Assembly: GCA_041659445.1 (NCBI GenBank)
Contig: JBAZYG010000001.1
Location: forward strand, 30,001-62,000
Direction: 5' to 3'
DNA length: 32,000 nucleotides
Origin: Candidatus Saccharimonadota bacterium
GTDB lineage: Archaea; Nanobdellota; Nanobdellia; Pacearchaeales; GW2011-AR1
Of this stretch, positions 15,243-23,583 are shown one piece after another. Below the pieces are notes generated by a model. It was not told the origin of the DNA. It searched no databases and saw only the letters and a program-made list of their open reading frames with translations. Both the position numbers and the translations under genes were made by a program. Each line of letters opens with the position of its first letter. Within the stretch, counting starts at the first letter, position 1.

Positions 15243-16505
15243 ATGAAGTTTGAAGCAAAACCTGGAGATTTAGTTGAAATAAATTTTATTAAAAAAAGTT
15301 ATAAAGGAATTTTCTTAGAAAGTCCAGAACCAGGAATTTTCTTATTAAAGACAGATTCAGGGTATAATCTTGGTTTTAATAAAAAAGATATTTTAAACAT
15401 AAATGTTTTGAAAAAATTTAATCCTGAAAAAATTAAAGAAATTGAAATTACAAAAGATGAGAACAAACCGAATATAGCAATTGTAATAACTGGTGGAACT
15501 ATTGCTTCAAGTTATAATTCAAAAGTCGGAGGTGTAACTCCTTTGAAATCTTCGTCAGATTTGTTTAAATTTTATCCACAAATTTTTCAAAAAGCAAATG
15601 TCACAAAAATTGAAGTTCCATTTATGAAAGATTCTTCTGAATTAAATTTTAGTGATTGGAAAAAAGTTGCAAAAATTGTCGAGAAACTAGTAAATGATTC
15701 AAATATTTCTGGAGTTATAATTGCTCATGGTACAGATACTTTGCATTATGCTTCTTCATGTTTGTCTTTTTTCTTGAGAAATTTGCCAAAACCTGTTGTG
15801 TTGACTTATTCTCAAAGGAGTATTGATAGGGCTTCAAGTGATGCAACTTTAAATTTAGAATGCTCTGCTTTAGCTGCAATTTCAGATATTGCTGAGGTAA
15901 TGGTTGTTGGGCATGCTTCATCAAATGACGATTTTTGTTATGCTATTCCTGGAACAAAAGTTAGAAAAATGCATTCTTCAAAAAGAGATGCTTTTAAATC
16001 AATAAATAAAAAACCTTTTGCAAAAATTTATACAGATAGAATTGAAATTTTGTCAGAATATTCTAAAAGAGAGAAAATTAAATGTAAATTAGATTTAAAT
16101 TTTGAAGAAAAAATTGCTTTGATTAAATTTTATCCTGGACAAGATGCAAATATTTTAGATTATTATTTAAAAAATAAATACAAGGGAATTGTTTTGGAAA
16201 TGTTTGGTTTAGGTCAGATTTCAAAGAAATGGTTGGTGAAATTAAAAGAAGTTCAAAAAAAAGGTTTGATAATTTGTGCAACTAGTCAAACTATTTATGG
16301 AAGAGTTAATCCTTTAGTTTATTCAATTGGAAGAGAATTTTTGAATACAGGAGTTATTTATTTAGAAGATATGCTCTCTGAAACAGCACTTGTTAAATTA
16401 GGTTGGGTTTTAGGACATAAGGAATGGATAAAAAACAAAAATGCAATTAAAGAAAAAATGCTCGAGAATTTTTCTAGAGAAATTAATGATAGATTAGAAG
16501 AATAA
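15243..16505 (+). CDS. gatD: Glu-tRNA(Gln) amidotransferase subunit D
   Basis: N-terminal GatD-specific domain plus an asparaginase-like domain (VITGGTIAS, AHGTDT). Confidence 0.9.
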   Translation: MKFEAKPGDLVEINFIKKSYKGIFLESPEPGIFLLKTDSGYNLGFNKKDILNINVLKKFNPEKIKEIEITKDENKPNIAIVITGGTIASSYNSKVGGVTPLKSSSDLFKFYPQIFQKANVTKIEVPFMKDSSELNFSDWKKVAKIVEKLVNDSNISGVIIAHGTDTLHYASSCLSFFLRNLPKPVVLTYSQRSIDRASSDATLNLECSALAAISDIAEVMVVGHASSNDDFCYAIPGTKVRKMHSSKRDAFKSINKKPFAKIYTDRIEILSEYSKREKIKCKLDLNFEEKIALIKFYPGQDANILDYYLKNKYKGIVLEMFGLGQISKKWLVKLKEVQKKGLIICATSQTIYGRVNPLVYSIGREFLNTGVIYLEDMLSETALVKLGWVLGHKEWIKNKNAIKEKMLENFSREINDRLEE

Positions 16506-16558
16506 ATGTTTCTTTATAATGCAATAATAAATTTAAAGTATAAATAATTGAATTAGTC

Positions 16559-16828
16559 ATGACAAAAAAATATTTTCTGTCTTTAAATGAGATTACTAAA
16601 GAAATTTATTTAGATAAAGGGGTTTTTGATAGAAATAGAACTAGTTTAGGAAATCCTAAAAATTTAGAATCTTTTGTAAAATCTTTAAAAAAAGGTTTAG
16701 ATCTTCATAGGTCTTTTGAAATTTATGCTAGTTCTAATTTTTCTGAAGATTATCAAAATGCATTAAGAGAACTTACTGGAAAAACCCAAGTAAAGGTTTA
16801 TTTTAAAAAAGATTTAAGGCAAGTTTAA
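16559..16828 (+). CDS. hypothetical protein (89 aa) between gatD and gatE
   Basis: ORF with native codon usage. I recognise no motif. Confidence 0.45.
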   Translation: MTKKYFLSLNEITKEIYLDKGVFDRNRTSLGNPKNLESFVKSLKKGLDLHRSFEIYASSNFSEDYQNALRELTGKTQVKVYFKKDLRQV

Positions 16829-16853
16829 TAAATAAATAGTTTTTTAATATATT

Positions 16854-18299
16854 ATGGAAGATGACGATTATGAAGAATTTGGTTTTAAATCAGGTTTGGA
16901 AATTCATCAGCAATTAGACACGCGAAAATTATTTTGTAATTGTCCAAGTATTTTAAGAGTAGATGAACCAGATTTTGAAATAAAAAGAAAATTGCATGCT
17001 GTTGCAGGAGAAGCAGGAGAAGTAGATATTGCTGCAAAACACGAAGCTGAACAATTGAAAGAATTTATTTATCAAGGTTATGAAAAAAGTACTTGCTTGG
17101 TTGAATTGGATGAAGAGCCACCACATGAAATAAATAAAGAAGCATTGAAAATTGCAATTTCTATTGCTTTACTTTTAAATTGTGATGTTTTACCAATATC
17201 TCAAATTATGAGAAAAACAGTTATCGACGGTAGTAATACTAGTGGTTTTCAAAGAACTGTCATGATTGCTCAAAATGGATTTATTGAAACTTCTTTAGGA
17301 AAAGTTGGAATTGATGGAATTTATTTAGAAGAAGATTCTGCAAGAATTATTGGAAAAGAATTAGATAAATATATTTATAGAATTGATAGATTGGGAATTC
17401 CTTTAGTTGAAATTGCTACAAAACCTGATTTAAAAAATGCAAGACATGTTAAAGAAACTGCTTTGAAAATTGGAGAGCTTTTGAGAAGTTGCAAAGTTAA
17501 ACGAGGTATTGGAACAATAAGACAAGATGTAAATATTTCTATTAAAGGAAGCAATAGAGTTGAAATTAAAGGTTTTCAAGATCCGAAAATAATGGAGAAA
17601 TGTATTGAACTGGAAGTTTTGAGACAACAAAATTTTCTTGATAAAAAACAAAAAAACCCGTCGGAGGTTAGAAATTGTTTGCCTGATGGAACAACAGAAT
17701 TTTTGAGACCAATGCCTGGAAAATCAAGGATGTATCCTGAAACAGATGTACCTTTGTTAAAAATTTCTCGAAGTTTTATCGATGATGTTAAAAAAGTTCT
17801 TCCTAAATTAAGAGATGAAATTAAAGAAGAATTACAAGCAAAGGGATTGAATGAAGAAATGATTAAACTTCTTTTGAAAGAAAGAAAAGTTGATGAGTTC
17901 AAAGAATTATTGAAAATAATTGATAATCCAAAATTAATTGTGAAAGTTTTGCTTCTTTTTCCAAAAGAAATTGCAACAAAAGAAAATAAGAAAATTGAGA
18001 AAATAGAAAAAATTTTAGAAGACAATTACAACACTGTGCTTGAACTTTTTGCGAAAAACAAGATTCTTGAATCAGATATAAAAGAATGTTTAACTAGAAT
18101 TGTTAGAAATGAAAAAATTGATGACTTGTTGATTTCTAAAAGAGTTGAAGACAATAATCTTGAAGAAAAAATTATGAATTTGATTAAGGAAAAACCAGGA
18201 CTTTCTGAAAATGCTTATATGGGTTTGATAATGCGAGATTTCAAAGGACAAATCAATGCAAAAAATGTCATGGATTTAATTAAAAAATATTTGAAATGA
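16854..18299 (+). CDS. gatE: Glu-tRNA(Gln) amidotransferase subunit E, compact form lacking the AspRS-like insertion domain
   Basis: Motifs are GLEIHQQLDTRKLFCNC, LGIPLVEI, RMYPETD and a YqeY-like tail (AYMGLIMRDFKGQ). It is 481 aa, against roughly 620 aa recalled for characterised GatE. Confidence 0.85.
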   Translation: MEDDDYEEFGFKSGLEIHQQLDTRKLFCNCPSILRVDEPDFEIKRKLHAVAGEAGEVDIAAKHEAEQLKEFIYQGYEKSTCLVELDEEPPHEINKEALKIAISIALLLNCDVLPISQIMRKTVIDGSNTSGFQRTVMIAQNGFIETSLGKVGIDGIYLEEDSARIIGKELDKYIYRIDRLGIPLVEIATKPDLKNARHVKETALKIGELLRSCKVKRGIGTIRQDVNISIKGSNRVEIKGFQDPKIMEKCIELEVLRQQNFLDKKQKNPSEVRNCLPDGTTEFLRPMPGKSRMYPETDVPLLKISRSFIDDVKKVLPKLRDEIKEELQAKGLNEEMIKLLLKERKVDEFKELLKIIDNPKLIVKVLLLFPKEIATKENKKIEKIEKILEDNYNTVLELFAKNKILESDIKECLTRIVRNEKIDDLLISKRVEDNNLEEKIMNLIKEKPGLSENAYMGLIMRDFKGQINAKNVMDLIKKYLK

Positions 18300-18314
18300 T
18301 TTATTACAATAATC

Positions 18315-18322
18315 TTTATAAA
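18315..18322 (+). promoter_or_regulatory. TATA box inside a 15-nt motif (aataatctttataaa), 21 nt before the ATG at 18344
   Basis: An identical 15-mer recurs at 22876-22890 with the same spacing to the next ATG. Confidence 0.45.
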
Positions 18323-18343
18323 TAAGAAATTTCTGGAATTTTT

Positions 18344-18628
18344 ATGCGATTAGAAAATATTAAATGTGATAATGAAGAAGCAAGAAAAGCTTTGGATAAT
18401 TTACCCAGAGGTGTTGTGAAGAATGAAATAACTGGGTTTGCAGAATATAATAAAAAAGGTATTCTAAATAAAAAAGTTCCTGCTCTTCAGATTTTTATTA
18501 AATCTGGTTTATCTTCTCTAAATGCCCCAAAAGGTTCTAAGGAATTTAGCGCTACTCTTAATGGCTTTCCTCCTTATGCTTCTTTTGTTTACAAAGACAT
18601 TCAATATATTTTTATAAATAATGAGTAA
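18344..18628 (+). CDS. hypothetical protein (94 aa) between gatE and aspS
   Basis: ORF preceded by a well-placed TATA box. I recognise no motif. Confidence 0.5.
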   Translation: MRLENIKCDNEEARKALDNLPRGVVKNEITGFAEYNKKGILNKKVPALQIFIKSGLSSLNAPKGSKEFSATLNGFPPYASFVYKDIQYIFINNE

Positions 18629-18676
18629 TTTTTATCTCATAGAAACTATTAAAAATATTCTTTATTTTGATTAATC

Positions 18677-19954
18677 ATGGAAAGAACTTTAATTGAGGAA
18701 ATTAAAACAGGAAAAGAAGTTCTATTAAATGGTTGGGTTTATGAAATAAGAAATTTAGCAAAATTAGGTTTTATATTGTTAAGAGATATTTCTGGAATTG
18801 TTCAATGTGTTGTTAAGGACGCAAAAATTTTGAAAATGCTTTCTGAATTAAGTTTAGAAAGTGTTGTTGAAATTAAAGGAAAAGTAAACGAAGCCAAAGT
18901 CAAAGCAGAGCTTGCTAGGAAAGACATTGAAGTTGAAGTTAAGAGCATGAAAATTTTGAGTAAAGCAGAAACCTTGCCAATTCATGTAAATGAAAAAGGA
19001 GAAATCACAACAACAATGCAAAATCGTTTTGATTTTAGATTTTTAGATTTTCACAAACCAAAAGTTCAGGCAATTTTTAAAATTCAAAATGTAATTGAGA
19101 ATTCTTTTAGAGAATATTTTTATAAAAATAATTTTATTGAAATGCAACCACCTTGTATTATTTCTGCTGCTAGCGAAGGAGGAACAGAACTTTTTCCTGT
19201 TCAATATTTTGAGAAAAAAGCATTCTTGGCTCAATCACCTCAATTATATAAACAAATGTTAGCATGTTCAATGGAAAAAACTTTTACTATCACGCCTGTT
19301 TGGAGAGCTGAAAAACATAATACTCCGAGGCATATTAATGAAATAAGACAAATGGATATTGAATGTGCTTTTTATAATCAAATGGAAGTTATGAAAGAAT
19401 TAGAAGAAGTTGTTAAATTTATTGTGAAAAAAGTTTTGGAAAATTGCAAAAATGAATTAGAATTATTGAATGTTAAAAATTTGAAAATTCCAAAAGGAGT
19501 TTATTTGAATTATGAAGATGCAATTAAAAAAGCTGGGGGAAAAGTTGGAGAGGATTTTACACCAGAACAAGAAAGAAAATTATGTGATTTTTATCCTGGA
19601 GATATTGTTTTTACTCATTCTTGGCCTTCTTCAATAAAACCTTTTTACATTATGCCTAAAGACGAGAAAAAAGATTCCAAAATCAGCGAGGGTTTTGATG
19701 CACTTTATGGTGGAATTGAAATTTCTTCAGGAGGACAAAGAATTCATATTCCTGAATTATTAATTGAAAGATTAAAAAATAAAAAATTAAATCCAGATAA
19801 TTTTAAATCTTACATTGATAGTTTTAGATATGGTGCTCCGCCTCATGCTGGTTGGAGTATTGGATTAGAAAGATTAACGCAAATTATTTGTGGTTTAGAT
19901 AATGTTAAAGAAGCAACTATGTTTCCACGTGATAGAGACAGACTTACTCCATAG
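18677..19954 (+). CDS. aspS: aspartyl-tRNA synthetase, archaeal type
   Basis: OB-fold N-domain, QSPQLYKQ, WRAEKHNTPRHINE, GLERL and a C-terminal FPRDRDRLTP. Confidence 0.92.
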   Translation: MERTLIEEIKTGKEVLLNGWVYEIRNLAKLGFILLRDISGIVQCVVKDAKILKMLSELSLESVVEIKGKVNEAKVKAELARKDIEVEVKSMKILSKAETLPIHVNEKGEITTTMQNRFDFRFLDFHKPKVQAIFKIQNVIENSFREYFYKNNFIEMQPPCIISAASEGGTELFPVQYFEKKAFLAQSPQLYKQMLACSMEKTFTITPVWRAEKHNTPRHINEIRQMDIECAFYNQMEVMKELEEVVKFIVKKVLENCKNELELLNVKNLKIPKGVYLNYEDAIKKAGGKVGEDFTPEQERKLCDFYPGDIVFTHSWPSSIKPFYIMPKDEKKDSKISEGFDALYGGIEISSGGQRIHIPELLIERLKNKKLNPDNFKSYIDSFRYGAPPHAGWSIGLERLTQIICGLDNVKEATMFPRDRDRLTP

Positions 19955-20002
19955 TTGCTCTATTGTCCTCGTTTCACTGCGGATTCAAAGTAAACTTTAA
20001 AT

Positions 20003-20044
20003 AAAGAAGCAACTATGTTTCTAAGAGATAGATTGATGCCTTAA
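20003..20044 (+). pseudogene. relic duplicate of the last 13-15 codons of aspS (KEATMFLRDRLMP*)
   Basis: A 20-nt exact repeat, taaagaagcaactatgtttc, occurs at 19906-19925 and 20002-20021. The offset is 96 nt, so the frame is kept. A diverged tail with its own TAA follows the second copy. Confidence 0.7.
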
Positions 20045-20052
20045 AATAAAAA

Positions 20053-20352
20053 ATGAATAAAGAAAAAGAAATTTTAGAATTAAAGAAATCTTTTATAGTA
20101 GAAACTTTAAAGTATGAGAATATGATTTTTTTAGCAATTTTTACTTTTGGAGTAGGATATGTAACTAAGAGTTTTATTGTTAAAGATTTCAATAATTTTT
20201 GGATACTTTTATTAATTATTGGAATTATGATACTTCTTGAATTTGTACTTGAAAATTGGAGAATTAAGAAATTTAATGAATTGAAAAAAGAAATAGAGGA
20301 AAATAAAATTCATGAAGAAATAAAACTGAGAGTTAAAAGAGATAAAAAATGA
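20053..20352 (+). CDS. small two-TM membrane protein (99 aa), 4-nt ATGA overlap with asnS
   Basis: Two hydrophobic helices and a K/E-rich tail. Its stop overlaps the asnS start. Confidence 0.55.
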   Translation: MNKEKEILELKKSFIVETLKYENMIFLAIFTFGVGYVTKSFIVKDFNNFWILLLIIGIMILLEFVLENWRIKKFNELKKEIEENKIHEEIKLRVKRDKK

Positions 20353-21647
20353 CAAAATTTATTCCAATAAAATCAGCAATGAAACAAGGAAAGGGAAAAG
20401 TAGCTGTGCGAGGATGGATTTATCGTGAAAGAGGAAGTAACAAAATGAAATTTCTTGTTCTTCGTGATAGTTCAGATATTATTCAATGTGTTTTAAATAG
20501 AGAAAATTTTGAAAAGCAGTGGGATGAAATTGATAAACTAAAAATTGAATCAAGTGTTGAAATTGAAGGAACTATTAAAGAAGACAAACGAGCTCCAACT
20601 GGTTTTGAAATTAATGTTGAAAAAATAAATATTATTCACATTGCAGAAGATTATCCAATTAACAAAGATTTGAATGAAGAATTACTTGGAGATAGACGAC
20701 ATTTATGGTTGCGTTCAAGAAAAATGATTGCAATTATGAAAATAAGAAGCACTGTTTTTGGAGCAATTCACGAATATTTTAGAGAAAATGATTTTTATGA
20801 ATATCAATCTCCAATATTTCAAGCTGTTCAATGTGAAGGCGGAAGTAGTTTATTTAACGTCGATTATTTTGGAAAGAAAGGAGTTTTTTTAGCGCAAACT
20901 TGGCAATTATATGCAGAGCCTGCAATTTTTGCTTTGGAAAAAATTTATACAATTGCTCCTTCATTTAGAGCGGAAGAAAGCAAAACTTCAAGACATTTAA
21001 CAGAATATTGGCATGCTGAGATGGAAGTTGCTTGGGCTAGTTTTAAAGATATTCAAGATTATGGCGAAGGATTAATTAAGCACATTATGAAAAAAGTTTT
21101 GGAAAAAAATAAAGAAGAATTAGAAATTTTAGAGAGAGACATTAAAAAATTAGAACCTGTTTTAAAAAAGAAATTTCCTAGAATTACTTATGATGATGCT
21201 TTGAAAATTTTAAAAGACAAAGCAAAAATAAAAATTCCTTGGGGTAAGGATTTGAGAACAATTGAAGAAGATGTGCTTTCAAAATTATATGACACTCCAG
21301 TAATTGTTACAAATTATCCTAAAGAAGTCAAGGCATTTTATATGAAAGAAACAGAAGGAAATCCGAAAGTTGTTAATGGTTGTGATTTTATTGCACCTGA
21401 AGGTTATGGTGAAATTATTGGTGGAAGCGAAAGAGAAGCAGATATTAACAAAATTAAAAAAAGATTAATTGAAATGAAAGAAAATCCTGAACAATATTCT
21501 TTTTATTTAGATACTCGACGATATGGAAGCGTTCCTCACGGAGGATTTGGAATGGGTGTTGAAAGAATTATCTCATGGATTTGTGGTTTGACAACAATAA
21601 AAGATGCAATTCCTTTTCCAAGAACAATGACTAGGTGGACTCCTTAA
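20349..21647 (+). CDS. asnS: asparaginyl-tRNA synthetase
   Basis: Class IIb protein with an OB-fold N-domain, FRAEESKTSRHLTEYWHAEME, YGSVPHGGFGMGVERI and a C-terminal FPRTMTRWTP. Confidence 0.9.
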   Translation: MTKFIPIKSAMKQGKGKVAVRGWIYRERGSNKMKFLVLRDSSDIIQCVLNRENFEKQWDEIDKLKIESSVEIEGTIKEDKRAPTGFEINVEKINIIHIAEDYPINKDLNEELLGDRRHLWLRSRKMIAIMKIRSTVFGAIHEYFRENDFYEYQSPIFQAVQCEGGSSLFNVDYFGKKGVFLAQTWQLYAEPAIFALEKIYTIAPSFRAEESKTSRHLTEYWHAEMEVAWASFKDIQDYGEGLIKHIMKKVLEKNKEELEILERDIKKLEPVLKKKFPRITYDDALKILKDKAKIKIPWGKDLRTIEEDVLSKLYDTPVIVTNYPKEVKAFYMKETEGNPKVVNGCDFIAPEGYGEIIGGSEREADINKIKKRLIEMKENPEQYSFYLDTRRYGSVPHGGFGMGVERIISWICGLTTIKDAIPFPRTMTRWTP

Positions 21648-21655
21648 TTTTTTTT
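21648..21655 (+). terminator. oligo-T (T8) run immediately after the asnS stop
   Basis: The T8 run starts directly after the TAA. Archaeal terminators are oligo-T tracts. Confidence 0.5.
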
Positions 21656-21692
21656 GCTAATATAGAAACACTTGTTTGATTAAGAAATAATT

Positions 21693-21941
21693 TTATCTTT
21701 CTCTAGGGTTTCCAATTGCACAATCAGAACATAGAACTTTCATTGTTTTTGTATCTGGGTCTTGAATATATTTTGAAAAATTAAGGTTTAATTCTCTTCC
21801 ACATTTGGCACATTTTCTATTTTGTCTTGCTAAAGCTTGTTGTCTACTTGAAGGAACTAATTCTACGTTTTTGTCTTTTCCTTTGTCTTTCATATCTTTC
21901 ATTACTTTCATATAGTTTGATAAATCATTATTCATTGCCAT
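21693..21941 (-). CDS. small zinc-ribbon protein (82 aa)
   Basis: Has a CAKCG...CSDC pair and a basic N-half. Confidence 0.55.
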   Translation of the reverse strand: MAMNNDLSNYMKVMKDMKDKGKDKNVELVPSSRQQALARQNRKCAKCGRELNLNFSKYIQDPDTKTMKVLCSDCAIGNPRER

Positions 21942-22043
21942 TTTTCTTAAAATTTAAATGAATTCTTCTTTTATAAATTTGATTGTTTTGGAAAATATAA
22001 ATTAATTTGAAAGGTTTTTAAATAAAAAAGGGTTTTATTGAGT

Positions 22044-22880
22044 ATGAGAATTTTGGTAATTGGAGATTTTCATGGGAAATTTCCGAAAAAATTAAAAGAG
22101 AGAATTTTAAAAGAAAAAGTAGATTTAATTTTTTCTGTTGGAGACCATCCAGATACAAGCGTCTTTAGAAATTTGGAGTTTAAATATTGGAAAAATTTAG
22201 ATACCCTCTCTCTTGAAGAAATTATAGGAAAAAAGAAATTTTCTGATTTGTTAAGAAGACAGTCCAATTCTCAATTAAATATTCTTAAAGAATTAAAATC
22301 CTTTAACAAACCTTTATTTTTGATTTATGGAAATTCAGATTTATTAGATAAGGAGGCTAAGAAATATTCTATTCAAGGTTTGGAATCTCATTGTAAAAAT
22401 TTGAAGCTGAAGTTTTTGAAAAATAATAAAAAAGTTTTTTCAGATTTTACTATTTTGGCTTTTTCAGGTTATCGAGGTGCAATGTCAAAAAAAATGGGGA
22501 AGTTTAAGAAATCAGATTTAAAGAGTATAAGAAAATTTAATTCAAAATGGGATAAACGATTAAATCTTTTATTTAAAAATTTTAATTCTTCAGAATTAAC
22601 AATTTTCTTGGCTCATGACTCACTTAGAGGTTATTTTGATTTAGTAAAATATAAAAAAAGTCCACTTTTTAATAAGCATGTTGGAGATGAATATTTTCTT
22701 AAATATGTTAAAAAGTATGAACCTAAATTTTTTATTGCTGGACATATGCATGAATATCAAGGTATTAAAAAATTTGGAAAAACTTTTGTAATTAGCACTG
22801 GTGCTGCACAAGACGGAAAAGCAGTAATTTTAGATTTAAATGAAAATAACAAGAAAGTCAAGATAAACTTTATTAAATAA
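22044..22880 (+). CDS. calcineurin-like metallophosphoesterase
   Basis: Motifs are VIGDFHG, GDH, GNSD and GHMH. I prefer the ATG at 22044 to the TTG at 22038. Confidence 0.8.
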   Translation: MRILVIGDFHGKFPKKLKERILKEKVDLIFSVGDHPDTSVFRNLEFKYWKNLDTLSLEEIIGKKKFSDLLRRQSNSQLNILKELKSFNKPLFLIYGNSDLLDKEAKKYSIQGLESHCKNLKLKFLKNNKKVFSDFTILAFSGYRGAMSKKMGKFKKSDLKSIRKFNSKWDKRLNLLFKNFNSSELTIFLAHDSLRGYFDLVKYKKSPLFNKHVGDEYFLKYVKKYEPKFFIAGHMHEYQGIKKFGKTFVISTGAAQDGKAVILDLNENNKKVKINFIK

Positions 22881-22882
22881 TC

Positions 22883-22890
22883 TTTATAAA
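22883..22890 (+). promoter_or_regulatory. TATA box inside the second copy of aataatctttataaa, 22 nt before the ATG at 22913
   Basis: Identical 15-mer to 18308-18322. The stop codon of the upstream gene lies inside the motif. Confidence 0.45.
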
Positions 22891-22912
22891 CCGTCATTTT
22901 CTTCTTAAAATA

Positions 22913-23578
22913 ATGAAAATAGGGGAAGTTGAGATTAAATGGCTTGGTCATTCTGGCTTTTTAATTGAAAATTCAGCTGTAATCTATATTGATCCTTATC
23001 AAATAAAAGAAGGATTACCAAAAGCAGATTATATTTTTTTGACACACGAGCATTATGACCATTGCAGTGTTCCAGATTTGCAAAAAATTGTTAAAGAAGG
23101 AACAAAAATGGTTATGGTTGCAAATTGTCAGAGCAAAATTGCAAGATTTGATGTGCATATTCAAATGGAAATTATTGAGTCTGGACAAGAAATAACTTTA
23201 GGAAGTTTAAAAGTGACTGCATTTCCTGCTTATAATTTAGATAAATCTTTTCATCCAAAGCAAGACGGTTTAGTTGGTTATTTAATTAAAATGAACAATG
23301 TTTTAATTTATCATGCAGGTGATACTGATTTAATTCCTGAAATGCAAAGGTTAACAGGTTATAATTCTAAATCTAAAAATTTCGTTGCTTTACTTCCTGT
23401 TGGTGGGAGATTTACAATGACTGCTGAAGAAGCTGCTGAGGCTGCAAAATTAATTAAACCAACTATTGCAATTCCAATGCATTGGGGAAGTATTGTTGGT
23501 TCTAAAGAAGATGCTGAAGAATTCAAAGAGCTTTGCGAAGAAAAAGGAATTAAAGTTGAAATTTTAGAAAAGGAATAA
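22913..23578 (+). CDS. MBL-fold metal-dependent hydrolase (UPF0173-like)
   Basis: WLGHSGFLIE, IYIDPY and THEHYDH. Confidence 0.85.
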   Translation: MKIGEVEIKWLGHSGFLIENSAVIYIDPYQIKEGLPKADYIFLTHEHYDHCSVPDLQKIVKEGTKMVMVANCQSKIARFDVHIQMEIIESGQEITLGSLKVTAFPAYNLDKSFHPKQDGLVGYLIKMNNVLIYHAGDTDLIPEMQRLTGYNSKSKNFVALLPVGGRFTMTAEEAAEAAKLIKPTIAIPMHWGSIVGSKEDAEEFKELCEEKGIKVEILEKE

Positions 23579-23583
23579 TCAAA

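Noticed and set aside
17430-18025. Minus-strand ORFs 17430-17651 and 17576-18025 inside gatE
   Set aside because: They are antisense shadows with low-complexity S/F/I-rich translations. gatE is strongly supported on the plus strand.
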